The notes beneath the pieces are model-generated. The model was not told the DNA's origin and did not search any database. It saw only the letters and a list, made by a program, of their open reading frames with translations. A program made the position numbers and the translations under genes. A DNA stretch of 29,071 nt, taken from contig CAZRGD010000001.1 in the NCBI GenBank assembly GCA_964599505.1, positions 1 through 29,071 of the forward strand, in the 5' to 3' direction. Positions 14,929 to 23,473 of this stretch are shown piece after piece (position 1 is the first letter of the stretch; the number at the start of each line of letters is the position of its first letter). This DNA comes from an uncultured Nitrospirota bacterium (GTDB taxonomy: Bacteria; CG2-30-53-67; CG2-30-70-394).

Positions 14929-16242
14929 GTGATAAACCCATTCTCTCGCCCTGGACGTTTTGCCTCACTGCGGGTCGCTGCGGCGGCGGCGACCGTCGTG
15001 ACCCTCCTCTTCGGTGGGGTCGCGGTGGCCTTCGGCGGTCTCGTTGCCGCCGTTGTGGCGGCCGTCTGTGCCGGGGTGACGGTCACCCTCGTCGCCGTCG
15101 ATCGCCGGCTCGTCTCTCCCCTCCTGGAGGAGCTCCGAGCCGCCCACTACGACGCCGCGGTGGCGCGCGAGGCGGTGGCCCTGGCACGGGTGGCCGCCGC
15201 CAGTCTCAGCCAGGGGTGCGATACCCTCGCAACCCTCGCGACTCACCATGGCCGCCTCCTCAACCCGATCCGGCGTAGTGAGTCGCCGGGGAAGAAGGGC
15301 GACAAGGGAGATTCTGCTCTCACCCCTCCCGCCCTCACCCGTGAGCTCCTGGGGCATGCCACCCCGGCGGCCAAGAACCACCGCTTTCTCGATGTCACTC
15401 CCCTTCTGGAGAATGTCGCCAAACGCCTCGGTCGACGGATTACTCCCGCCGTGCGTATCGATCTCCACCTCGAGCCCGGCCTTCCGGGGATCGACGGCAG
15501 CCCGGCACAGATTCGCCAGGTGATCCTCAGCCTCGCCCTGCGGGGCATCGCGGCGATGCCGCACGGCGGGACGCTGGAGCTCTCCAGCCGTCTCCTCGAT
15601 TTGCCGCAGGATAACGGCGAGGGGCTGTTGCAGGGACGCTATGTGGAGGTCGCGGTCGCCGACTCGGGCGATGCGGCACAGCCCGGGGAGGAGGGCGTTG
15701 CCGGCCACGGTCTGCTCGCCACTCCCCTCACCATCGCCACCGCGCGTGGTGTGGTAGCGGCCCACGGCGGTCGTCTCGACCTCTTCGCCGAGGCAGGGGA
15801 GGGGACCACGGTCACCCTCCTCTTCCCGGTCAGTGACGTCTCCGGGGAGGAAGCGGCATCTCCGCCCCCCAGTCGGCGAGGGTCCATCCTCGTCGTCGAC
15901 GACGATGTGGATGTGCGCAACCTTATCGACAACATCCTTACCCGCGGCGGCTATCACGTGGTGACCGTCGCCTCGGGTGAGGCAGGTTTGGATGTATGCC
16001 GGCACAACGCCGGCGAGATCGATCTGATCCTCGTGGACGTCGACCTTCCAGAACGCGAAGGGCGATCCCTCCTCCGTGAGCTCACCCGCGTGGCGGGCAA
16101 TGCGCGGGTCCTCGTCTGCCGCGGCCCCGGCGCTGGCGGCCTGCCGGTGGAGCTCGAGGGGATCGCGGGGATCCTTCCGAAGCCGTTTCGCATCCAGGAG
16201 ATGACCGACACCATCCGGCGCCTCCTCGACGAGCGGGCGTAG
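14929..16242 (+). CDS. Degenerate membrane hybrid histidine-kinase-like protein (HisKA-HATPase-REC architecture, likely pseudokinase)
   Basis: Two N-terminal TM helices; LTRELL, QIRQVILSLALRGIAAMP, VADSG, HGGRL, GEGTTVTLLFP; receiver ILVVDDD...DLILVDV...LPKPF. Start uncertain; GTG 14929 chosen because the track's 14758 start overlaps the 53-aa ORF. Confidence 0.8.
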   Translation: MINPFSRPGRFASLRVAAAAATVVTLLFGGVAVAFGGLVAAVVAAVCAGVTVTLVAVDRRLVSPLLEELRAAHYDAAVAREAVALARVAAASLSQGCDTLATLATHHGRLLNPIRRSESPGKKGDKGDSALTPPALTRELLGHATPAAKNHRFLDVTPLLENVAKRLGRRITPAVRIDLHLEPGLPGIDGSPAQIRQVILSLALRGIAAMPHGGTLELSSRLLDLPQDNGEGLLQGRYVEVAVADSGDAAQPGEEGVAGHGLLATPLTIATARGVVAAHGGRLDLFAEAGEGTTVTLLFPVSDVSGEEAASPPPSRRGSILVVDDDVDVRNLIDNILTRGGYHVVTVASGEAGLDVCRHNAGEIDLILVDVDLPEREGRSLLRELTRVAGNARVLVCRGPGAGGLPVELEGIAGILPKPFRIQEMTDTIRRLLDERA

Positions 16243-16247
16243 CCCGT

Positions 16248-16275
16248 CTATTTTTCGCCGGAGGGTGAAAAATAG
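16248..16275 (+). promoter_or_regulatory. AT-rich hairpin/palindrome overlapping the ldh ribosome-binding site
   Basis: CTATTTTTC-GCC-GGAG-GGT-GAAAAATAG; the 3' arm ends in the AG of AGGAGG. Confidence 0.5.
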
Positions 16276-16285
16276 GAGGAGCTCC

Positions 16286-17230
16286 ATGGGAACGACACAT
16301 CGGGTCGCGATCATCGGCTGCGGGCGGGTGGGGGCGACCACCGCCTTCGCCCTCCTGCACACGGGACAGGTGGAGGAGGTGGTCCTCATCGATGCCGACC
16401 GGGGGCGCGCCGAAGGCGAGGCGATGGACCTCGCCCACGCCACTGCCCTGCTGGCCCCGGCACGGGTGTGGGCGGGTGACTACGGCGACGCGGCCACTGC
16501 CGAGATCGCCATCCTCGCCGCCGGTCGCGCCTCCGCCACCCGCGACGAGAGCCGCCTGCAGCTCGTGGGCGACAACGCCCGGATCACCAAGACGATCGTT
16601 GGTGAGCTGGCGGCGGTCGGCTTCGACGGCTGCCTGCTGGTGGCCACCAATCCGGTCGACGTCCTGGCGCATGTCGCCGAGGTCGCCTCACCCCTGCCGG
16701 CGGCGCGGGTGATCGGCTCCGGCACGCTCCTGGACACCGCAAGGCTGCGCCAGCGGATCGCCGCCGCCTGCGGCCTCGACCCGCGCTCGGTCCATGCCCA
16801 TATCTTCGGCGAGCACGGCGACTCGGAGATCGCCGCATGGTCGTCGGCGACCATCGCCGGCCTGCCGTGGGCCGCCTTCGCCACCCAGACCGGCGCCGAT
16901 CTCGCACCGGAGGCGATCCTCGCCGAGGTGCGTGGCGCGGCGCCGGCGATCATCGAGCGCAAGGGGGCGACCAACTTCGCCATCGGTGCGGCCCTGGCCC
17001 GCCTCGTCTCCTGCATCTTGCGCGACGAGCGCTCCGTCCTCATGGTCTCCACTCGCCTGTCCGGCGAGTACGGCGAGCACGACGTCTACCTGTCGGTCCC
17101 GTGCGTCGTGGGCGGTGGCGGGGTGGAGCGGATCATCGAGCTCGATCTCAATTCGGAGGAGCAGGCCGGGCTACACCGCTCGGCGGAGATCCTCCGGCAC
17201 GTCGCCCGTCGCATCGGCGAGGCGGCGTGA
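16286..17230 (+). CDS. ldh: L-lactate/malate dehydrogenase family 2-hydroxyacid dehydrogenase (LDH-like)
   Basis: IIGCGRVG, ATNPVDV, SGTLLDTARLR, GEHGDSE, IIERKGAT; atypical substrate loop, so substrate is unproven. Confidence 0.8.
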   Translation: MGTTHRVAIIGCGRVGATTAFALLHTGQVEEVVLIDADRGRAEGEAMDLAHATALLAPARVWAGDYGDAATAEIAILAAGRASATRDESRLQLVGDNARITKTIVGELAAVGFDGCLLVATNPVDVLAHVAEVASPLPAARVIGSGTLLDTARLRQRIAAACGLDPRSVHAHIFGEHGDSEIAAWSSATIAGLPWAAFATQTGADLAPEAILAEVRGAAPAIIERKGATNFAIGAALARLVSCILRDERSVLMVSTRLSGEYGEHDVYLSVPCVVGGGGVERIIELDLNSEEQAGLHRSAEILRHVARRIGEAA

Positions 17231-17252
17231 GCACCCGGAAACGGTCAGCCGA

Positions 17253-17717
17253 CTACCGCCTCTCCCCCATGGCCGCCTCCGCCAGGTGGTACTGACCCGC
17301 CGCCTCGGAGTGGGTGTCGCCGCGATCCTCGGCGATCATCTCGCAGGTTCGCGCCATGCGGGCGTAGAGGGCGGCGCGCCACGCGGGGTTGCCCATCTCC
17401 GCCGCCACCTCCGGCGGCGCGGTGGCGGCGGCGGCCGCGGCGGCGACGAAGTGGCCCGCCTGGCTGCGCCACTCGGTGTCGTGGCCGCACTGGGTGAAGC
17501 TCTCTGCCGCTGCCGCCTTCGCCTCGTGGTGGGCGGTGGCGAGGAGCGGCGCTCCGATCTCCGCCTGGGCCGCCACCTCCACCGCCTGGCGTACCCTCGG
17601 GTCGTCGGAGAGGGCGAGGACCGCAGCCGCAAACCGGCTCGCCAGGCGGCGGCATGTCGTCGGGGAGAGATGGTCGAGGGCGGCTCGGAGCTCGTGGTCG
17701 TTGGTGATCGGGGTCAT
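17253..17717 (-). CDS. Hypothetical all-helical protein, last gene of the hydrogenase operon
   Basis: AGGAG RBS, 18 nt after the hynL stop; Ala-rich helices with W..QAGHFVA and AW.AA..ARMAR..E segments. Confidence 0.75.
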   Translation of the reverse strand: MTPITNDHELRAALDHLSPTTCRRLASRFAAAVLALSDDPRVRQAVEVAAQAEIGAPLLATAHHEAKAAAAESFTQCGHDTEWRSQAGHFVAAAAAAATAPPEVAAEMGNPAWRAALYARMARTCEMIAEDRGDTHSEAAGQYHLAEAAMGERR

Positions 17718-17735
17718 CGTCGCGCTCCTCTCGCC

Positions 17736-19466
17736 TCATTGAATCCGTACCTGCACCAGCTCCCCCTGGTCCGGGTCGCTCACGTGGACGGCGCAGGCGA
17801 TGCACGGGTCGAAGGAGTGGATCGTGCGGAGGATCTCGATGGGCCGCTTCGGGTCCGCCAGACGGTGGCCGGCGAGGGCCGCCTCGTACGGTCCTGGCTG
17901 GCCCTTCGCATCCCGCGGGCCTCCGTTCCAGGTGGAGGGGACCACCGCCTGATAGTTGGCGATCCGGCCGCCCTCGATGGAGACCCAGTGGGCGAGGGCG
18001 CCGCGTGGCGCCTCCATGAAGCCGACCCCGCGGCAGCGATCGGGCCAGGTGGCGGGCTCCCACCGGTCGCCGTTGAAGGTGGTGAGGTCGCCCGCCTTGA
18101 TGTTGGCCAGCAGCCGCTCATACCAGCCGGTCATGGCGTCGGCGAAGAGCTTCGTCTCCAGGCCACGGGCGGCGGTGCGGCCGAGGGTGGAGAAGAGGGC
18201 CTCTTGCGGCAGGTCGAGCTTGGCGAGCGTCGTGTCCACCAACTCCTGTGCCGCCGGGTTGCCGGTGGCGTAGAGCATCAGGATTCGTGCCAGGGGTCCG
18301 ACCTCCATGGGGCGACCGCGCCAGCGCGGTGACTTGATCCACGAGTAGGACTGCGCCACATCGAGGTGCTTGTAGGGCGGCTCGGGACCGGTGTAGTGGA
18401 GGGCGGTCTCGCCGTCATACGGGTGGAGCGGCTCTTCCTTGCCCGCAGCGTAGTCGTACCACGAGTGGGCGATGAGCTCCTGGATCTGGGCCGGGTCGCA
18501 GAGGTTGAGCGGCTCGACCGTGGCGAGGTCGCGGTCGACGATCACCCCGCCGGGGACGAGGTAGCTCGCCGGGTCGCCGATCCCCTTTTCCGGGAAGTCG
18601 CCGTAGCAGAGGAAATTGCCCACCCCCTCCCCCTGGCGCGCCCAATCCTTGTAATAGGAGGCGATGGCCAGCAGGTCCGGGAGGTAGACCTGGTCGACGA
18701 AGGTGCGCATCGACGCGATCACCTCGCCCACCTGTGCCAGCCCCACCATGTCCAGGGCGGTCCCTGCCTGGCCGCCGCTGTCGACCGAGATGGCACACGG
18801 CACCCCGCCGACGACGAAGCTCGGGTGCGGGTTCTTGCCCCCGAAGATGGTGTGCAGCTTGACCACGTCACGCTGCCAGGTGAGCGCCTCCAGGTAATGG
18901 GCCAGGGCCATGAGGTTCGCCTCCGGCGGCAGCTTGTACGCCGGGTGGCCCCAGTAGCCGTGGGCGAAGATGCCGAGCTGCCCCGATTCGACGAAGGCGG
19001 CGAGGCGCGAACGCACCTCGGCGAAGTAGCCCGGCGACGACTTCGGGTAGGCGGAGATCGACTGGGCGAGGGCCGAGGTCTGCCGTGGGTCCGCCTTCAG
19101 GGCGGAGACCACGTCGACCCAGTCGAGGGCGTGGAGGTGGTAGAAGTGCATCACGTGGTCGTGGACGTGCTGGGCCGCGGACATCAGGTTGCGGATCAGC
19201 TCGGCGTTCGGCGGCACGGTGATCTCCAGGGCGTTCTCCACCGCGCGTACTGAACAGAGGGCGTGGACCAGGGTGCAGACGCCGCAGATCCGCTGGGTGT
19301 AGGCCCACGCATCGCGCGGATCCTGCCCCTTCAGGATGATCTCGATGCCGCGGACCATCGTCCCGGAGGAGTACGCCTGGCGGATCACCTCCCCGTCCAT
19401 CTCCGCCTCGATGCGCAGGTGGCCCTCGATGCGGGTGATCGGGTCGACGACGATTCGCTCAGCCAT
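17736..19466 (-). CDS. hynL: [NiFe] hydrogenase large subunit, group 1 (Isp/1e-type by context)
   Basis: DPITRIEGH, L1 QRICGVCTLVH, L2 SFDPCIACAVH followed by a 15-aa cleavable tail. Confidence 0.96.
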   Translation of the reverse strand: MAERIVVDPITRIEGHLRIEAEMDGEVIRQAYSSGTMVRGIEIILKGQDPRDAWAYTQRICGVCTLVHALCSVRAVENALEITVPPNAELIRNLMSAAQHVHDHVMHFYHLHALDWVDVVSALKADPRQTSALAQSISAYPKSSPGYFAEVRSRLAAFVESGQLGIFAHGYWGHPAYKLPPEANLMALAHYLEALTWQRDVVKLHTIFGGKNPHPSFVVGGVPCAISVDSGGQAGTALDMVGLAQVGEVIASMRTFVDQVYLPDLLAIASYYKDWARQGEGVGNFLCYGDFPEKGIGDPASYLVPGGVIVDRDLATVEPLNLCDPAQIQELIAHSWYDYAAGKEEPLHPYDGETALHYTGPEPPYKHLDVAQSYSWIKSPRWRGRPMEVGPLARILMLYATGNPAAQELVDTTLAKLDLPQEALFSTLGRTAARGLETKLFADAMTGWYERLLANIKAGDLTTFNGDRWEPATWPDRCRGVGFMEAPRGALAHWVSIEGGRIANYQAVVPSTWNGGPRDAKGQPGPYEAALAGHRLADPKRPIEILRTIHSFDPCIACAVHVSDPDQGELVQVRIQ

Positions 19467-20733
19467 GCTGTGCCTCCGCCTCCTCCAGGTGGTCGGCGAT
19501 CATCTCCGTGAGTCCCACCAGCTCCACGTCCATCTGGTAGTGGTCGATCCCCTCTTCCATGACGACGCGGCAGTTGGCGCAGGCGGTGACCACGATCTTC
19601 GCGCCGGTCGTCTCGATCTGGCCGCGCTTCTTGCCAAAGGCGGTGAGGCGCAACGCCTCGGCGCGCCCCGTGGCGCTCACCCCGCCGCCGCCGCCGCAGC
19701 ACCAGTTGTAGACCCCGTGGTCGTGCATCTCGCGGACGTCGCTCGCCACCAAGTTGAGGAGGCGGCCCGGCGCCTCGGTGACCCCGCCACGCCGGACCAC
19801 CTGGCACGGGTCGTGGAAGGTGACCGGCAGGTCGAACGTCGACTCGACCTTCAGCCTCCCTGCGGCACGCAGCAGGTCGAGGAGCTCGAGGATGTGGAGG
19901 ACCTCGAAGCGGTACGGCCTGCCGATCAGCTCCGGCCCCTCCCAGCGCAGGGCCATGTAGGCGTGGCCGCACTCGGGGCTGACCACCGCTTTGACGCCGA
20001 TGCGCTCGGCGGCGGTCACGGTGCGCATGACGATCTCCCGGGCGAGGTCGGAGCAGCCGATCTGGATGCCGCTGTTGGTCGCCTCGAAGGCGTCGCTCGC
20101 CAGGGTCCACGACACCCCCGCGTGGTGGAAGATGCGCGCCAGGGCGCCGAGCATCTCCGGGGTGTTGACGATCTCCATGGAGGAGAGCAGCACCATGTAG
20201 TCGACCCCCTCCTGGTCCACCGGGATGGTGAGGCCGGTTGCCTCCTCCTGGTGGCGGATCTGTGCTTCCAGGGTCGCGAGCTTCACCCCCATGGGGCTGC
20301 CGAGCTCGATCGCCCGCCGGGTCGCCCCGATGAGCCCCGGCGGGGCGTGGCCGGCGGCGGCCATCCCCTCGCGCATCCGGCGGATCATGTAGACGAGGTC
20401 GTTGCCCACCGGGCAGACGAGGGAGCAGCGACCGCACAGGGTGCACGAGTCGTAGACCAGCTCGCTCCATGCGCCGAGCTCCGCGTCCGTCACCGGCTTC
20501 GACAGGCCGAGGGCGGCGGCGGCGCGGCCGAGGAGGGTGTACTCACGCCACCACAGCCTTTTCAGCGGCTGGAGCTTGTGGATCGGGGTGTACTTTGGCT
20601 CCTTGGTCTCGGTGTAGAAGAGGCACGCCTCGGCGCACATGCCGCAGCGCACGCAGGTGGCGAAGAATCCCGCGGTGTCTGCGTCGAGGACCTCGCGAAA
20701 GCGGTCCAGGCCGCGTTCCAGTGAGGCGCTCAT
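19459..20733 (-). CDS. isp2: Isp2, DsrK/HdrD-like Fe-S/CCG protein
   Basis: CVRCGMCAEAC, CTLCGRCSLVCP, PECGH, HDPC, WCCGGGGG, TACANC; ATG 20733 overlaps the isp1 stop (ATGA). Confidence 0.9.
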   Translation of the reverse strand: MSASLERGLDRFREVLDADTAGFFATCVRCGMCAEACLFYTETKEPKYTPIHKLQPLKRLWWREYTLLGRAAAALGLSKPVTDAELGAWSELVYDSCTLCGRCSLVCPVGNDLVYMIRRMREGMAAAGHAPPGLIGATRRAIELGSPMGVKLATLEAQIRHQEEATGLTIPVDQEGVDYMVLLSSMEIVNTPEMLGALARIFHHAGVSWTLASDAFEATNSGIQIGCSDLAREIVMRTVTAAERIGVKAVVSPECGHAYMALRWEGPELIGRPYRFEVLHILELLDLLRAAGRLKVESTFDLPVTFHDPCQVVRRGGVTEAPGRLLNLVASDVREMHDHGVYNWCCGGGGGVSATGRAEALRLTAFGKKRGQIETTGAKIVVTACANCRVVMEEGIDHYQMDVELVGLTEMIADHLEEAEAQHG

Positions 20734-21389
20734 GAGGCCACCCCGGTGCGTCCGAAGTGCTCGCCGTTCATCCACCGGGACGGGAAGAGGGTGACGAAGT
20801 GGATGAGCTTGGTGAACGGCATCAAGACCATCAGCACCTCCACGCTCGCCAGGTGCAGCGCCATCATGGTGGTGTAGGGAAGGAGCAAGTGGTGGAAACA
20901 GAGGTAGCCGGTGAGCACCGGCGCGAGGGTGAGCCCCCACGCGAGGTAGTCCTCCGCCACCGACAGGAACCGCTTCACCGGATCCATCACCCGGCTGGCG
21001 AGCATCACCCCGAGGGCGAGGAGGGTGACCACCGCCATCGCGTCCACCAGGGGGGTGGGCAGCGCCGGCCAGGAGAAGCCGACGGCGCGGCGCAGGACCT
21101 CGATGTGCGGCACAAAGAAAAAGAAGGTGACGATGATCCCGATGTGGAAGGTGTAGCCCGACAGATAGCTCACCATCGACTCGTGCTCTGCCGAGGGCTT
21201 CGAGCGGCGCAGGATCGTCCACCACCCGGAGGCACCTTTCCGGTGGCGCAGGGGCGCCAGGGGACGGTCGCGGCCGAGGGAGTAGATCTCGATGAGCCGC
21301 CACACCAACCCGAGGCAGAAGAGGCCTAAGGCGATGTGGAAACCGGGGCCACGGACCCAGGCGAGAAAGGCGATCGAGGCGGCGCTCAT
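20730..21389 (-). CDS. isp1: Isp1, DsrM/NarI-like membrane cytochrome b
   Basis: About five TM helices, FHIG...PHI, LHLASVE...MPFTKLIH. Confidence 0.9.
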   Translation of the reverse strand: MSAASIAFLAWVRGPGFHIALGLFCLGLVWRLIEIYSLGRDRPLAPLRHRKGASGWWTILRRSKPSAEHESMVSYLSGYTFHIGIIVTFFFFVPHIEVLRRAVGFSWPALPTPLVDAMAVVTLLALGVMLASRVMDPVKRFLSVAEDYLAWGLTLAPVLTGYLCFHHLLLPYTTMMALHLASVEVLMVLMPFTKLIHFVTLFPSRWMNGEHFGRTGVAS

Positions 21390-22486
21390 GTCGGTTCCTC
21401 CTTTGGTCGCTCCAAATCGTCGACGGTGAGCGGCTTATGCGCCGCGCGTGCCTTGGCGCGCTTGCGCCGGTTGGCCACCGCCATCGCCCCACCCACGGCG
21501 ACACCGGCGGCGGCGGCGATCGTCGCGGTGGGGGTGAGCGGCCCGAAGGGAACCGAGACCGCCCGGTAGAAGCCGCCGCCGTCCCAGAAGTCGGGCTGCG
21601 AGCAGCCGAGGCAGCCGTGACCCGACTGGATCGGGAAGCTGGTGCCGTCGTTCCACTTGGTGGTGGCGCAGGCGTTGTAGGTCGTCGGACCCTTGCAGCC
21701 GAGCTTGTAGAGGCACCACCCCTTGCGTGCCCCCTCGTCGTCGAAGGTGTCGGCAAACAGACCGCGGTCGTAGAAGGGGCGGCGGTAGCAGCGGTCGTGG
21801 ATCGTCTCGCCGTAGAACGCCTTCGGCCGGTGGAGGGGGTCGAGCTCGGGCAGGCGGCCGAAGGTGAGGAAGTGGGCGAGGGTTCCGACGATCACCGCCG
21901 GGATCGGCGGGCAGCCGGGGAGGGTCACCAGCGGTCGGTCTTTGACGATCTCCGAGACCGGCACCGCGCCGGTGGGGTTGGGCGTCGCCCCGGGGAGGCC
22001 GCCGAAGGCGGCGCACGATCCCATGGCGATCACCGCCGCCGCGCCCGCCGCCACCTCCTGGAGCATCGCCAGGTTGGAGACCCCTCCGATGGTGGAGTAG
22101 CCCGGGTGGCCCACCGGCAAGGAGCCATCGACGATCAGCAGGTAGTGGCCCCGGTTTGCCGCCATCGCCTCGTGCCTGGCCTCCTCCGCCGCCTCGCCGG
22201 CGGCCGCCTGGAGGGTGTGGTGGTAGTCGAGGGAGACCATGTCGAAGAGGAGCGACTCCAGGGTCGGGGCGTGGGCGCGGGTGAGGGACTCGGTGCAGCC
22301 GGTGCACTCCTGGAAGGAGAGCCAGATCACCGACGGCCGCGCCGTCCGCTCCAGGGCCCGGGCGATCGCCCTCCCCGAGCCCGGCGGCAGGGCGAGGGAG
22401 GCGGCAATGGCAGCGCAGGTCCGCAGGAAGGTGCGGCGGCTCATGCCGCGACCACGCAGCGCCTCGTAGACCGTCACCTTCGCCAT
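21386..22486 (-). CDS. hynS: [NiFe] hydrogenase small subunit with Tat signal and C-terminal membrane anchor
   Basis: SRRTFL twin-arginine motif, QECTGC, GSCAAFGG, PGCPP, IHDRC, LGCKGP; GGAGGT RBS before ATG 22486. Confidence 0.95.
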   Translation of the reverse strand: MAKVTVYEALRGRGMSRRTFLRTCAAIAASLALPPGSGRAIARALERTARPSVIWLSFQECTGCTESLTRAHAPTLESLLFDMVSLDYHHTLQAAAGEAAEEARHEAMAANRGHYLLIVDGSLPVGHPGYSTIGGVSNLAMLQEVAAGAAAVIAMGSCAAFGGLPGATPNPTGAVPVSEIVKDRPLVTLPGCPPIPAVIVGTLAHFLTFGRLPELDPLHRPKAFYGETIHDRCYRRPFYDRGLFADTFDDEGARKGWCLYKLGCKGPTTYNACATTKWNDGTSFPIQSGHGCLGCSQPDFWDGGGFYRAVSVPFGPLTPTATIAAAAGVAVGGAMAVANRRKRAKARAAHKPLTVDDLERPKEEPT

Positions 22487-22499
22487 CACCACCTCCGGA

Positions 22500-23033
22500 T
22501 TACGGTGCAGTCTCCCGGTTGTCCAACCCTGGCGAACTCTCCACCAACCCACTACTGTCCTCCCCATGGCTCCAGCGCTTTACCACCTTCATCGCGAGGC
22601 GGGCGGCGATCGGTACCGCTGCCGCCACCTGCGGTGTGAGCCGGGTTCCCCACTCCAGCGAGGCGGGCTCGATCGTGATCAAGGCGCGCTCCACCGGCGG
22701 CTTCCAGCCGGCGAGGCGGGCAAGGTCGAGGAGATCGGCGAGGCCGATCTCATGGGCGGTGCGGCCTCGGCAGGCGAGCATCCGGTCCATCGCCTCCCCC
22801 TCCAGGAGTCGCACGCTCCCGGGCTCATCGCCCATCCGTCCGGCATCGATGACGAGAAGCCGCCGGCAGCAGGTGAGGGAGGAGATGAAGGAGAGGTCCA
22901 GTGCCCCCGCTTCGTGATAGACGACGCCGTCCTCTGGGGGATGGTCGCGACGCAGCATGGCGAGGCAGACGATCCCGGCACCGTCATCGCTCATCAGGGG
23001 GTTACCGATGCCGAGGATCAGGATGTCCTGCAT
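22500..23033 (-). CDS. hupD: Hydrogenase maturation endopeptidase (HyaD/HupD family)
   Basis: ILGIGNPLMSDDGAG, LVIDAG, AHEIGL; GAGGAG RBS before ATG 23033. Confidence 0.9.
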   Translation of the reverse strand: MQDILILGIGNPLMSDDGAGIVCLAMLRRDHPPEDGVVYHEAGALDLSFISSLTCCRRLLVIDAGRMGDEPGSVRLLEGEAMDRMLACRGRTAHEIGLADLLDLARLAGWKPPVERALITIEPASLEWGTRLTPQVAAAVPIAARLAMKVVKRWSHGEDSSGLVESSPGLDNRETAP

Positions 23034-23144
23034 CCCACCACTCCTCTCTTGCGCCTTGAGCACGCAGCGAAAGCGGCCTTGCGTGCGTCGGTCGGAAACC
23101 GCTTTCATATTTGACTATAGCGAAAAAAATGGTGATTTGAGTCA

Positions 23145-23164
23145 ACAAACTTATGGTAGTTTGT
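23145..23164. promoter_or_regulatory. Inverted repeat in the AT-rich divergent hupD/hypC promoter
   Basis: ACAAACT-N6-AGTTTGT; also TTGACT (23111-23116) ... AGTCAA (23140-23145). Confidence 0.45.
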
Positions 23165-23211
23165 AAAGTATTCTTTTCTGTATAAAGAGCTGACACCACT
23201 CTGCTGCTGCC

Positions 23212-23460
23212 ATGTGTCTCGCCATCCCCATGCGTATCGAGGTGATCGACGGCTTCAACGCCCGCTGTGAGGCGAAGGGGGTAGAACGCGACGTCTCCCT
23301 CTTCCTCCTCCAGGGCGAAGAGGTTGCGGTGGGCGACTACGTGATGGTCCACGTGGGCTACGCGATCCAAAAGGTGGCGCAGGCGGACGCCGAGGCGTCG
23401 TGGGCCCTGTTTGACGAGATCCTCGCCACCGAGCCGCCGCCGAACGGCGGCGGGGGGTAG
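23212..23460 (+). CDS. hypC: Hydrogenase maturation chaperone HypC
   Basis: MCLAIP N-terminus, GDYVMVHVGYAI. Confidence 0.96.
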   Translation: MCLAIPMRIEVIDGFNARCEAKGVERDVSLFLLQGEEVAVGDYVMVHVGYAIQKVAQADAEASWALFDEILATEPPPNGGGG

Positions 23461-23473
23461 CCGCGGATGGGTG

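Noticed and set aside
19459-21756. 765-aa ORF suggesting a long Isp2 or a fusion
   Set aside because: The N-terminal part is an alternative frame over isp1/hynS; the ATGA overlap at 20730-20733 marks the real start.
21386-22486. O2-tolerant [4Fe-3S] hydrogenase or selenocysteine variant
   Set aside because: The proximal motif is ECTGC without supernumerary Cys, and the large-subunit L2 motif has ordinary Cys codons.
22533-22549. Possible internal sigma54 site before hynS (minus strand TGGTGG-AGAGT-TCGC)
   Set aside because: Poor -24 match inside the hupD coding tail; GG-N10-GC alone is common in GC-rich DNA.
23108-23168. IscR type-1 or type-2 operator
   Set aside because: Half-site-like ATATTTGACTA and AGTCAAC are 23 bp apart rather than about 5, and the AGTTTGTA stretch lacks the upstream CC; too weak to name.
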